DNA from: a virus
Taxonomy: Duplodnaviria > Caudoviricetes
Length of the DNA: 32,584 bases
Virus record (IMG/VR): IMGVR_UViG_3300025848_000121
Span: 1-32,584 of that record
Strand: one strand, 5' to 3'
A program made the translations under genes and the position numbers. The notes beneath the pieces were generated by a model. It was not told the DNA's origin and searched no databases. It saw only the letters and a program-made list of their open reading frames with translations. Below are positions 1-8,118 of this stretch, piece after piece (positions within the stretch are counted from its first letter, which is position 1; every line of letters begins with the position of its first letter).

Positions 1-2
1 GA

Positions 3-161
3 ACCAATAGAGAGTCCTGCCCCAAGTGCCAGTCCTCTAATGTTATTAAGCGGGGAATGTCTCTGAATAAGCTGGTGGTCTATCAAAGATTTCAATGCCA
101 AAACTGCGGCGGGTGGCACCGGGAATCAATCAAGTCTCTTGAAAAGAAGCGTTTAGTTTAG
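3..161 (+). CDS. C-terminal fragment of a gene ending in a zinc ribbon (possibly a phage RNase H-like/DnaQ-like exonuclease); 5' part outside the window
   Basis: Manual translation: TNRESCPKCQSSNVIKRGMSLNKLVVYQRFQCQNCGGWHRESIKSLEKKRLV*, with CxxC...CxxCG-W-R at the C-terminus. Converges on the minus-strand operon. Confidence 0.55.
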   Translation, partial: TNRESCPKCQSSNVIKRGMSLNKLVVYQRFQCQNCGGWHRESIKSLEKKRLV

Positions 162-321
162 ATAATCGCTTCATGGCTGAAGATAGCTTTCTCTGACACT
201 CAAAACACATCTTGTTTCGAGAGGTATATTTTCTGGTTCTGCTACAATGCCGAATGACCTTCTCGATGGTTCTAATGACTGATTCTATGTTTACCATGCC
301 CCAAGCATCCTTCCTAGCCAT
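130..321 (-). CDS. Small hypothetical protein, last gene of the leftward operon
   Basis: ORF 130..381; more likely start at the ATG of MARKDAWG (63 aa); contains CFEC. Confidence 0.4.
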   Translation of the reverse strand: MARKDAWGMVNIESVIRTIEKVIRHCSRTRKYTSRNKMCFECQRKLSSAMKRLSKLNASFQET

Positions 322-400
322 AATACGAAGAGGATGAAGATAGTGGTTACTTCGATTACTAAAACCAGGTTTAACCACCAATTTAACGGGTCACAGTCTC

Positions 401-787
401 TCATTCCACACCGCCCTTTCCCGCATCCAGAAGCTCTGGGTTTTCGTAGAGGTTTCCGATGACTTCACATTCTCTTTCGTACAATTCATGTTGAAGAATA
501 CAGGCTTCGCACCAAAAACACCCGCCGTCAAAGTAAACCTCGCCATTGCCGATATTAGTTTTTAAAATATCCCCCTCGTAGATTTCCTTCCCGTTCTTGT
601 CCTTTAGGCCGGTGAATTGCATAAGTTTTAGGTCTTGCCAGTCTCCCTCGGTGCCACAAAAAAGATGTCCTGTGTCGCTCAATCCAGTAATAAATTTAAG
701 TGTGTTTCCAGCCTCTATGTCGGACTCGAAATCATAAACCATAAACCTTATTTTCTCATACCACGCCCTGAATTTAATTTCCCGCAT
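401..787 (-). CDS. yopX: YopX family phage protein
   Basis: MREIKFRAW...LMQFTGLKDKNGKEIYEGDIL...EVIGNLYENPELL signature; start trimmed to MREIK behind a GGAGGA RBS. Confidence 0.92.
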   Translation of the reverse strand: MREIKFRAWYEKIRFMVYDFESDIEAGNTLKFITGLSDTGHLFCGTEGDWQDLKLMQFTGLKDKNGKEIYEGDILKTNIGNGEVYFDGGCFWCEACILQHELYERECEVIGNLYENPELLDAGKGGVE

Positions 788-1313
788 CCTGTCCTCCCCT
801 GATCTGTTCGAGGGCTTTGTCAGCAACATCTCTATCTATTTTTTCAATGATGTAATGATCTGAGAAATATTCCAACGCCTCCACCGCCAGCTTGAGTTTG
901 GATTCCAACTCTAAAATAATGCTTCCTCTTGCGGCGGAAGTTTCTCTACACATCTGAGTTTCAGACGCATAGTTAGAGATTTCCGTTACCATTTCTTTCT
1001 TTAAACTCTCAATCTCGGACTCAAGAGAGGCGGTTTTTTGGATCAGGAAATTTCTATCCTGCGTCACCGAATCTCTTGAATTTATCGCCGCTTGATAATC
1101 TGTTAACAAAACAGCTTTGGAACCCTCTAGCTCCCTAATCCTCTCGTCACGGCGGATGAGAGCGTCCGCAAATAAATAAGTCATAGAATTTAAATTCCCC
1201 AAAACTATAGTTTTTACATCCTCTTGGTCGTAAGTTCCAGGTTCGCCCCACTCCATTGACTCAATAAATTTATTTTTGATCGCTTCCGCTTCCTCGTTAT
1301 GATCTTGAGTCAT
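774..1313 (-). CDS. Hypothetical coiled-coil protein
   Basis: Heptad-rich ORF (RIRELE, LESEIESLKKE, LESKLKLAVEALE); likely start MTQDH after GAGGTG. Confidence 0.7.
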   Translation of the reverse strand: MTQDHNEEAEAIKNKFIESMEWGEPGTYDQEDVKTIVLGNLNSMTYLFADALIRRDERIRELEGSKAVLLTDYQAAINSRDSVTQDRNFLIQKTASLESEIESLKKEMVTEISNYASETQMCRETSAARGSIILELESKLKLAVEALEYFSDHYIIEKIDRDVADKALEQIRGGQDAGN

Positions 1314-1314
1314 C

Positions 1315-1506
1315 TCACACCTCGAATATTTTGTATTGGCTGGCATAGTAAGAATCCACGGCCTTATCAGCTTTCATTTCTTTTAGGGCTTGCCGTGCTT
1401 CCGCTTTTGTTTCAAACCCGAAACCTGCGTCTTTTAAAGACTCTGCTTCTTTCTTATTGAAAGCCAAGACGTATTCTATCGCCTTCGCTTCTTCCTTCGG
1501 GGTCAT
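1315..1506 (-). CDS. Hypothetical protein
   Basis: 63-aa ORF tightly packed with its neighbours (ATGA overlap). Confidence 0.6.
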   Translation of the reverse strand: MTPKEEAKAIEYVLAFNKKEAESLKDAGFGFETKAEARQALKEMKADKAVDSYYASQYKIFEV

Positions 1507-1757
1507 GTTAAAGGCTCCTTATGGTTGTCTAGGGCTTGTGCATGATCGGGACAATAATCAATGTTTCTCCCAACTTCTTTTGAATGAAAATCACACATTG
1601 GGGCATCACAAGTCTTGTTTCCTTTAGGGAAATCACACAATTTGGTTCTCGCCTTATCGCACCACTTACACCGTTTTGTCTTTCCGCTTGTGCAGATAAA
1701 TCCTCGAGCTATAATTTTTCCCGCTCCATCCTTTTGCTCGAAATGATTACAACCCAT
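1503..1757 (-). CDS. Cys-rich putative zinc-binding protein
   Basis: CKWC...CDF...CDAPMCDFH...YCPDH pattern in 84 aa. Confidence 0.7.
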   Translation of the reverse strand: MGCNHFEQKDGAGKIIARGFICTSGKTKRCKWCDKARTKLCDFPKGNKTCDAPMCDFHSKEVGRNIDYCPDHAQALDNHKEPLT

Positions 1758-1971
1758 GCATCACCTTCCCATCTGGTATAAATCCTATTTGATTTCCCCA
1801 ATTATCAATCAGAAACCATCCTTCTTTTCTTTTGCCGCAAGAAAAAGTAGGGCTTGATTTAAACTCGTCAGGAGCGGCGTCTTTATGGAATGGGTCTAAT
1901 CCTCTTTCGTAGTTATCTCCGTAAAAAGGATGCGACTCAGGCTTTTGGTTTTTGGATACCATCTTCATCAC
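1747..1971 (-). CDS. Hypothetical protein
   Basis: 74-aa ORF coupled to its neighbours. Confidence 0.55.
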   Translation of the reverse strand: MMKMVSKNQKPESHPFYGDNYERGLDPFHKDAAPDEFKSSPTFSCGKRKEGWFLIDNWGNQIGFIPDGKVMHGL

Positions 1972-2108
1972 CCCAACCCCTCCGATTCTTTTTTGATATC
2001 TGCGTTTTTTTCTTTGATTTCACACTCAGAACAGAATAATTTTCCTTTTAATTGTTTTAAGTAGGAAAGCACTTGACCGCATCTTTCGCAATAAGCCACA
2101 CCTTTCAC
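1968..2108 (-). CDS. Small zinc-ribbon protein (46 aa, below the ORF-track cutoff)
   Basis: Manual translation VKGVAYCERCGQVLSYLKQLKGKLFCSECEIKEKNADIKKESEGLG*; fills the gap with 3-4 nt overlaps on both sides. Confidence 0.55.
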   Translation of the reverse strand: MKGVAYCERCGQVLSYLKQLKGKLFCSECEIKEKNADIKKESEGLG

Positions 2109-2326
2109 GACTTCTCCTGCAGAGTGCGGATTTCCTGAGCTATCTGGTTTAAAGGGTCATTCAAACCTTCTGCATATTTTTCAACAATTAGACTTGCCTC
2201 CTCAAGAGCCTCGTCCCTTACGATGCGGAGGACTTCTAACATCAATTTACAGCTACGACAAACTCCAGCAGTATGAGCTCCATAATTTTGACAGATTTCT
2301 TTCGCTCTCTCGCTTAGACTTTTCAT
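2105..2326 (-). CDS. Hypothetical protein
   Basis: Likely start MKSLSERAKEIC; CRSC and RDEALEEA...IAQEIR motifs. Confidence 0.6.
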   Translation of the reverse strand: MKSLSERAKEICQNYGAHTAGVCRSCKLMLEVLRIVRDEALEEASLIVEKYAEGLNDPLNQIAQEIRTLQEKS

Positions 2327-2499
2327 GGTTTCTTCCTGGTAATTTCGTAGGTAATAGTGCAAGGAATAACCTTCTCATCATAAACATTAGCCCAATGAGC
2401 GTAATCTTTTTGAGGAAAAACAACTGCTCTTTCATATTGTCTTAAACTTCCATTTGACTTTATCACCGCCCATCCCTTCACCACCCGCTTCTTTCTCAT
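2323..2499 (-). CDS. Hypothetical protein (58 aa)
   Basis: Manual translation MRKKRVVKGWAVIKSNG...VIPCTITYEITRKKP*; strong AAGGAGAGG RBS and ATGA overlap with the next gene. Confidence 0.65.
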   Translation of the reverse strand: MRKKRVVKGWAVIKSNGSLRQYERAVVFPQKDYAHWANVYDEKVIPCTITYEITRKKP

Positions 2500-2510
2500 G
2501 TCCTCTCCTT

Positions 2511-2540
2511 TACTAATACCTACTAATTCCTACTAATCTA
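2511..2540. repeat. Three tandem 10-bp units TACTAATnnn
   Basis: tactaatacc tactaattcc tactaatcta, immediately upstream of an RBS on the minus strand. Confidence 0.6.
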
Positions 2541-2697
2541 GTAAGAACGGCTCGGCTCGTTTCGCCTCTGTTGCCTATGCCGATAGTTGACCATGAGGAC
2601 ACCGTTCTAATAAACTCCCTATACAACACGCTTTATTAGAGGCCTGATTCTAATAAACTTACTCTTCCCAGCTTGCGAGGCTAGGGATTAGACTTTT

Positions 2698-2793
2698 TTA
2701 GTATGGTGGATCATTTTCAGGTTTAGCTACATGATGAACTGGACAGCCATACCATCCACCAATACCGATAGTGCAAGTACATTCAGATTTCAT
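2698..2793 (-). CDS. 31-aa micro-protein with CxC...CPVH motif
   Basis: MKSECTCTIGIGGWYGCPVHHVAKPENDPPY* preceded by a GGAGG RBS. Confidence 0.5.
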   Translation of the reverse strand: MKSECTCTIGIGGWYGCPVHHVAKPENDPPY

Positions 2794-2941
2794 ACTTCCT
2801 CCGCTTAAAGTTATTCTAGGGACTAGTGACAGGGTGCCTCGTTTTGGCTACTTCCCGGCGCCTACGACTCATCCGTTCCTTACGGGTTTCCTTTTCAGGG
2901 GATACGGAGCCCTAGAAAATCTTTGGGGTATCAGTTACAAG

Positions 2942-3127
2942 CTAAAAATTAGGTGCGCCTATTTCAGATAACCATTTAGCTACTTCATAATGGAATTTAC
3001 CGTGAATGTCTTTAACAATCCTTTGAAACTCTGGATCGGATTTATCTTGAAGAATTGTAAATTTTTCCAGTTTGATATTATTCAATAATGCTCTTGACTC
3101 CATATCACTAAAAGTATTCTGCCTCAT
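2942..3127 (-). CDS. Hypothetical protein
   Basis: 61-aa ORF with a GGAGG RBS. Confidence 0.55.
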   Translation of the reverse strand: MRQNTFSDMESRALLNNIKLEKFTILQDKSDPEFQRIVKDIHGKFHYEVAKWLSEIGAPNF

Positions 3128-3154
3128 CCGCTGCCTCCCCTTGTTGTGTGGTGG

Positions 3155-3490
3155 TTAAACTTGTTCCAACTTCTTAATTGCCATAGACTGTTTCATCTGA
3201 ATGAGTTTGGCCTTCAGGAGCATCGAGGTTTCTTTCCGCATCTTATTAGCCGTATCCGCGGCGGCCTTACGAGTCCTTTCTTCTTCTTCCCATTTCTGTT
3301 TCTGAATCGGGTCTTTTTTATCTACGAGCATTGCACCCATAAGCCCAAACATAATTTCATTCCCAAAATCCTTAGACTCCCAAGCCGTCAAAGCATCAAT
3401 CAACGTTTCGAGTTCTTCTGCTACGAGTTCCATTTTCTTCTCCTTGTTATTCCTCTCCCTCTTGGGATTGGGGTTATGATTCTGATTCAA
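3155..3490 (-). CDS. Hypothetical helical protein
   Basis: 111-aa ORF in the operon; start could be the downstream MELVAEE. Confidence 0.6.
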   Translation of the reverse strand: MNQNHNPNPKRERNNKEKKMELVAEELETLIDALTAWESKDFGNEIMFGLMGAMLVDKKDPIQKQKWEEEERTRKAAADTANKMRKETSMLLKAKLIQMKQSMAIKKLEQV

Positions 3491-3812
3491 TTTTCTTTAG
3501 AAGCTCAGACTTAAACTCATCAGAGTATTTAAAATCACCGCATCTTCCGTTTGGAATACTCTCGATTAACTCCACGAACCATTCTTTTGCGACATTAGCC
3601 GATCTTTCATGATTCGCTCCAACTGAATTATAAGCAATCGATAATTTATCAGCCAGCTTCTTAGGCTCGGAGGGTCTAGGGGTTCCGCAGATTGGGCAGA
3701 AATTAATATTTTTGATAGGAAAATACTGAATAATTGGATTATTTGGAAATCCAGCATTAGCAATAACTTCAAAATACTCTCCTTTTATATGCTTACACCA
3801 TTCCCTATTCAT
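3474..3812 (-). CDS. Hypothetical protein with N-terminal zinc-binding motif
   Basis: WCKH...NFCPICG motif. Confidence 0.65.
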   Translation of the reverse strand: MNREWCKHIKGEYFEVIANAGFPNNPIIQYFPIKNINFCPICGTPRPSEPKKLADKLSIAYNSVGANHERSANVAKEWFVELIESIPNGRCGDFKYSDEFKSELLKKIESES

Positions 3813-3977
3813 TCAAGCGTTCCTTTCCCTAAATCCGTTAATCTTTGCCCAAGAATTTACAAATTCTTCCAAAAATGCCTGCGCCGCTTCAGACCCATGC
3901 TCTTTTTTTATCTGTATAATCTTATTAGCGATCTTGTTGGTATAATCCCTCAGAGGATCAATTATTTTAGGTTTCAC
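3813..3977 (-). CDS. Hypothetical protein (54 aa)
   Basis: GTG start behind GAGGAG; MKPKIIDPLRDY...GFRERNA*; stop abuts the next ATG. Confidence 0.6.
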   Translation of the reverse strand: MKPKIIDPLRDYTNKIANKIIQIKKEHGSEAAQAFLEEFVNSWAKINGFRERNA

Positions 3978-4019
3978 TTTATTTCTCCTCTCCCGCCTTA
4001 GGGGGTGTTAAAGGTTTGT

Positions 4020-4091
4020 TTAAAATTTAAGAAGAAATCCAGTAAATATTAAAAAAAATCCTAAAATTATAATCCAATCTGGTAGTGTCAT
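4020..4091 (-). CDS. Putative single-pass membrane peptide (23 aa)
   Basis: MTLPDWIIILGFFLIFTGFLLKF*; start overlaps the upstream methyltransferase stop. Confidence 0.35.
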   Translation of the reverse strand: MTLPDWIIILGFFLIFTGFLLKF

Positions 4092-4684
4092 CTATTTGCC
4101 TCGAAAAATGCTTTTGCAAAATGTGCGCTGCAAACACTTCTTCTTTCAGTCCTTGTCAGCTTTCCGAAATGTTCAGGATGAATATCTCTCGACTTCAACA
4201 TATCAAACTTGGGCGCAGCACATTTCCCGCTATGTGTCTTTTTCGGAGGATTAAACATTCCCCACAGAGCAGTTTCCTTTTTGTAACTATCTCCAAATTC
4301 ATGCGGGGAGTAAACGTAATACGGATTTCCCAAAAACCATTTCAGCATCCCTCGATTCGGATTCTCTAAACACCAGAATTTTAAGGGACTAAACTTCTGC
4401 GTATCCTTCACAATTCCATACTGGCAATGCCAAATAATCTTTAAACACGCCTCGACTAATTCCATTCCTTGCCTCAAATTCCTTGGCTTCTTCGCATTTG
4501 TCCTACAATGACTAAACATGGTGCAAGGAGGATTCGCAATAATCCCGTAAACTTCAGGGGGGGGTACAAAGGTTCTCACATCTTGCTTTTCCCCAACGCA
4601 TATCACTTCATACCCCGCATCTCTGTAAGGCTGAGAATCGCTGCCGATGTCGGCGCAAAGATGCAGAATTAACCTTCTCCCCAT
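4088..4684 (-). CDS. Minimal C5-cytosine DNA methyltransferase-like protein (paralog 1)
   Basis: Motif I-like LHLCADIG, motif IV ANPPCTMFS, motif VI LENP, KKETALWG; 198 aa. Confidence 0.75.
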   Translation of the reverse strand: MGRRLILHLCADIGSDSQPYRDAGYEVICVGEKQDVRTFVPPPEVYGIIANPPCTMFSHCRTNAKKPRNLRQGMELVEACLKIIWHCQYGIVKDTQKFSPLKFWCLENPNRGMLKWFLGNPYYVYSPHEFGDSYKKETALWGMFNPPKKTHSGKCAAPKFDMLKSRDIHPEHFGKLTRTERRSVCSAHFAKAFFEANR

Positions 4685-4696
4685 TTCTCCCTCCCT

Positions 4697-4825
4697 TTAA
4701 CCTTCCCTGATTACTTTCTTCATGCTCTCGGAATTATCCTTAATCTCCAACTGCCTCTTGCACTCTGAGTCAATTACTGCCAACCACCAAGTAAGCTCTG
4801 CTAGGGTGCTAATTCTTCTTTCCAT
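4697..4825 (-). CDS. Hypothetical protein (42 aa)
   Basis: MERRISTLAELTWWLAVIDSECK...; TAATG overlap with ninG. Confidence 0.45.
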   Translation of the reverse strand: MERRISTLAELTWWLAVIDSECKRQLEIKDNSESMKKVIREG

Positions 4826-5217
4826 TATTTTTCTTTTACTCCTCCGTAAAGATCAATCACTCGGTTACATTCGTTTAACATTTCAGTTGAACTCATTGGT
4901 TTGTTTTTTAGTTTTAGAAGGCTGTTGATTTTTCCAATACCATATTTTTCGAGCATGAATTTGTAGTAGTCAGGCCAATTCCCTTTCAGGAAAATATTGC
5001 ATCTAGCACATTGAGGGTGGATATTATCCTCCTCAAACAAAATCCAACCCTTCCTGCCGCTGATAAAATGACCCGCATGAAGCTTTTTCCAGTGATAAGG
5101 CGTACCACACGAACAACAATCAGCGTATCCATCCGGGTTTGAGGCCATGATTCGGATGTAGTTGCTGAGTGTCTTCCAGGCTTTTTTCTTTAGTGAACTT
5201 AAAGACGGTTTTTTCAT
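4825..5217 (-). CDS. ninG: NinG/Rap-family recombination endonuclease
   Basis: CCSCG...HAGHF...FEEDNIHPQCARCN...GN motif set. Confidence 0.85.
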   Translation of the reverse strand: MKKPSLSSLKKKAWKTLSNYIRIMASNPDGYADCCSCGTPYHWKKLHAGHFISGRKGWILFEEDNIHPQCARCNIFLKGNWPDYYKFMLEKYGIGKINSLLKLKNKPMSSTEMLNECNRVIDLYGGVKEK

Positions 5218-5405
5218 TTTGCGATTCCTGGCGTTTTAAAGCCTTCTTTTTTCCGCATGGCACTTGCACCCGAAAAACGACCGATCTTGGCAAGGAGTGG
5301 CCTTTCCGTTGATTTCTGATGCCTTGGACAACGGTTACTAGAACCATCTTTGATATAAACCCCGCATTTCCCTACTTGACCTCTAAAATCGCAGAATTTA
5401 GCCAT
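5214..5405 (-). CDS. Small putative zinc-finger protein
   Basis: C-x8-C...CPRH followed by a basic tail; overlaps both neighbours. Confidence 0.55.
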   Translation of the reverse strand: MAKFCDFRGQVGKCGVYIKDGSSNRCPRHQKSTERPLLAKIGRFSGASAMRKKEGFKTPGIAK

Positions 5406-6282
5406 TTAATCCTCCGAATCTATCCGAAAAACGGTAATGTGAAACGTCAAAGTCTAAAGTGACCCCATCAATCGGGCCGTTTCGTTGTTTTAAGATATTG
5501 ACTTGGTACTCTTTTTTATCAACCGTTGGATTCTCAGGGTCTGCAAAGAAGTTATCTCTCCCAACCCATCTAAGCTGAATTAGGGTATCTGCCCCTTCCT
5601 CGATTTCCCCGGTTCCCTTCATGAAGTCCATCGCATTTTCAGCATTAGAACCCTGACGGTTGATTTGACTTGCTAAGACGCAGGCGAATTTATATTTAAG
5701 GCAAAACCTCTTACAAGACTGAACGTAATCGGCCAATCCCTCCTGGCGGTTTTTTATTCCGTTCATTGAAACCCTTTGAAGGTGGTCGATGAAAACAACA
5801 TCGGGTTTAAGTGTCTGTATTATTTCTTCTAGCTCGGTGGTCTTAAATCCGTAATCGTCGATGATGGTTATGGGTGACATTAAAAGCCTTCCCTTTAGCT
5901 TGTCCAAACTAACCTTAGCCCTTTGCACTTCTTCCGTAAGCCCGGTTCGTAATCTCCATCCGTCTATCATGTACTCGTTGCATAATATGCGCTCAAGAAC
6001 GGATGATGCCGACATTTCTAGGGATATATAAACCACCCTAAAGCCCTGCTTTGCAAGCCGCCAGGCTATATCCGTGGTCATTGAGGTCTTTCCCTGACTC
6101 GGCCTAGAGGCCATTACCAAAAGCTCGGTTTTATGCAATCCCCAAATTATTCTGTCTAGGGAGCTTATCCCTGTAGGCATAGCGGGTTTGTCGGTTCTGG
6201 TACTTAAAAAATTACCAAGCTCCTCAGCTACCGTGAAAATGTCTTTAGTCTGGATAAACTTTTCTTCTGTCGTTTCTTGCAT
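5398..6282 (-). CDS. dnaB: DnaB-type (SF4) replicative helicase, C-terminal motor domain only
   Basis: PTGISSLD, Walker A SRPSQGKT, SLEMS, Walker B FIDHLQ, SQINR, KQRNGP. Confidence 0.92.
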   Translation of the reverse strand: MQETTEEKFIQTKDIFTVAEELGNFLSTRTDKPAMPTGISSLDRIIWGLHKTELLVMASRPSQGKTSMTTDIAWRLAKQGFRVVYISLEMSASSVLERILCNEYMIDGWRLRTGLTEEVQRAKVSLDKLKGRLLMSPITIIDDYGFKTTELEEIIQTLKPDVVFIDHLQRVSMNGIKNRQEGLADYVQSCKRFCLKYKFACVLASQINRQGSNAENAMDFMKGTGEIEEGADTLIQLRWVGRDNFFADPENPTVDKKEYQVNILKQRNGPIDGVTLDFDVSHYRFSDRFGGLNG

Positions 6283-6290
6283 CTAAGACC

Positions 6291-7166
6291 TCAGCCAACA
6301 TTTCCGGGTTGTTGTTCTTTTGATAAAACCTGATTAGTCGCTGTTCTATTTCCTTGAATTTGAGCAGAATCGACTCTAAAAGACGGGATTTTTCCAGCTC
6401 CTGAGAACCCCTGAGTTTTTCTGGAATCATACTTACCCTCCAATACCTTTAAGGAGTTATTGTCGTTTTCGATAATCCAATCAAAGGTAGCTTTCCAACC
6501 CTTATCGTTTTTCCCGCAACAGAAATCAGACCCCCCAAGTTGTTTAAAAACCAAAGACCAGGCTTCTAAAGGACGGTCTTTTAATCTCAACCGTATTTTT
6601 TGCTTCCTAACCTCGGATAGCTCCTTAACCTGTGGAAGATTAGTACAAGTAGAATTCCACAGATTCATGAAATCAACCAACTCAGAAGACTTAGTATTAT
6701 CTTTTTTACTTTCCTTTACTTTACTTTCCTTTACTTTACTGCTATTAGGGTCGCATACGAGGCCATTAGCCTGGCCATAGCCACCCCATCTTTTCTTAGC
6801 CCCAATTTTTCCAGCCTCTGATAATTTCGATCTGTACTCTGCTAATGCGTTCATTCTATTAATTAGACTTTGACTAAAAATACTTTTTCCATCGTCGATA
6901 AGCAACCCGATCTCTATCAAAAAGTCTATAAAATCTTTAAATTTAATATCTGGACCATATGGATTATTGTTATCAAAACCAACGGCTAATGCGAGGCCAT
7001 ATAGCAGGCCATTAGGGTAGCTATAATCGGGCTGATCTCTTAATACTTCAATAATCGCCCAAAACAAACCGTAACCTGCCCATCCGAATTTTGATCTTAA
7101 AGCTGATATTTTTGGATCTTGTCTTGAATTTGAATCGTGGGAAAAATAGTATGCGTCTTTAGCCAT
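6291..7166 (-). CDS. Phage replication initiation protein (DUF4373/Lin1244-like N-terminus)
   Basis: YYFSHDSNSRQDPKI...GYGLFWAIIEVL N-terminus, KVKESK linker, WKATFDWII...KVLEGKY C-domain; directly upstream of the helicase. Start trimmed to MAKDAYY. Confidence 0.85.
   Translation of the reverse strand: MAKDAYYFSHDSNSRQDPKISALRSKFGWAGYGLFWAIIEVLRDQPDYSYPNGLLYGLALAVGFDNNNPYGPDIKFKDFIDFLIEIGLLIDDGKSIFSQSLINRMNALAEYRSKLSEAGKIGAKKRWGGYGQANGLVCDPNSSKVKESKVKESKKDNTKSSELVDFMNLWNSTCTNLPQVKELSEVRKQKIRLRLKDRPLEAWSLVFKQLGGSDFCCGKNDKGWKATFDWIIENDNNSLKVLEGKYDSRKTQGFSGAGKIPSFRVDSAQIQGNRTATNQVLSKEQQPGNVG
6706..6787. repeat. Short repeats inside the initiator gene; candidate replication origin
   Basis: TTACTTTCCTTTACT x2 plus GGCCATTAGC/GGCCATAGC; related GGCCAT(A/T) units recur at about 6995-7017. 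Confidence 0.4.
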
Positions 7167-7313
7167 AGAAAGAAAAAGCCCTCTCAAGGCCACGTCCGAA
7201 AATTCCCCGATGGGGTGCGAAAGACAGACAGAATCCGAGAGAGGATTTAAATTTTTGTGAGTGCATTTTTGAGAATTTTCGTCTTTATTAAAAGAGTCTT
7301 TCGCATGCGTCAT

Positions 7314-7341
7314 ATAATACTTCCCCGCTATTTATTGTCAA
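7314..7341 (-). promoter_or_regulatory. Sigma70-like promoter for the replication genes
   Basis: TTGACA-N16-TATTAT on the minus strand, about 150 nt upstream of the initiator start. Confidence 0.6.
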
Positions 7342-7349
7342 GCATTTTC

Positions 7350-7547
7350 TTATTTTTTTGTAATGTATTTAGAGTAAAGGCTGTAAAGATAGTCAACCTG
7401 AGCTTCTGATTGCTGATCTAATATGGGCTGGAACTCATCGAGGAGTTCATAAAGTCCCTCGATGAAATTCCGTTGGTTTTTCTCTTTAATTTTATTTTTA
7501 ATCCTGTAAAGATCAACCACCATAGCCCACTCTTTTGTTGATTTCAT
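7350..7547 (-). CDS. Hypothetical protein
   Basis: 65-aa ORF with TAATG coupling. Confidence 0.6.
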   Translation of the reverse strand: MKSTKEWAMVVDLYRIKNKIKEKNQRNFIEGLYELLDEFQPILDQQSEAQVDYLYSLYSKYITKK

Positions 7548-8098
7548 TAGAACGGCAGGCCGTTTTCTGGGTTAATTTCAACATCGCCGCTAAACTCTGG
7601 TGCGTTAAAATCAATGTCGGGGACTTCTTGATGGCTTTGAGCCGAAACCGTATGGTCTTTATTTACTTTCTTAACCCGCCACTTAGTTTCCTTGTCCCTT
7701 CCAGTCTTCCCAATAACTAATCGGTCACCAGGGGAAGGCTGTACCATACAGAAGGCTTTAAAAAGTGGAAGAGAACCAGAGTCTAATTCTCCTTCTTCAA
7801 ACTTATAAACAACGGTGTATCCATGAGGATATGCGGGATCAAAGTTTCGGTTTCTCCAAGGATTTCCGTCTTTTCCTAAAATCTTTTCTCCCACCTCATC
7901 CACTGCAAACTCTGGATATGAATATCTAAGGCAGAATTTAAGGTTTTGCTTCCAAGTGCTAGCGGCGGTATTACCACGAGCAGGTCGGTCTTCGTTGGCT
8001 TTCTTAATCCATCCAACATAAGTTAAGGTAATTTCCTGATCTTGGAAATTCTCGGTTCTAAAATATGTTTTTGCTTGCTTAGGGAATGAAGTTTCCAT
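7547..8098 (-). CDS. Putative single-stranded DNA-binding protein
   Basis: Follows the exonuclease; beta-rich core (GKTGRDKETKWRV) and acidic tail ending in LPF; AAGGAG RBS. Confidence 0.55.
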   Translation of the reverse strand: METSFPKQAKTYFRTENFQDQEITLTYVGWIKKANEDRPARGNTAASTWKQNLKFCLRYSYPEFAVDEVGEKILGKDGNPWRNRNFDPAYPHGYTVVYKFEEGELDSGSLPLFKAFCMVQPSPGDRLVIGKTGRDKETKWRVKKVNKDHTVSAQSHQEVPDIDFNAPEFSGDVEINPENGLPF

Positions 8099-8118
8099 TT
8101 TTATTTCTCCTTTTTTAG

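Noticed and set aside
3-161. IS1 InsA-like zinc ribbon suggesting an insertion sequence
   Set aside because: The motif is at the C-terminus of an ORF followed by a stop; no transposase or terminal inverted repeat follows.
2253-2435. 60-aa minus-strand ORF in the track
   Set aside because: A different frame (2323..2499) has a strong RBS and clean ATGA coupling, so this one is probably a shadow.
2544-2608. Hammerhead ribozyme (CGAAAC on the minus strand)
   Set aside because: The CUGAnGA core is not present.
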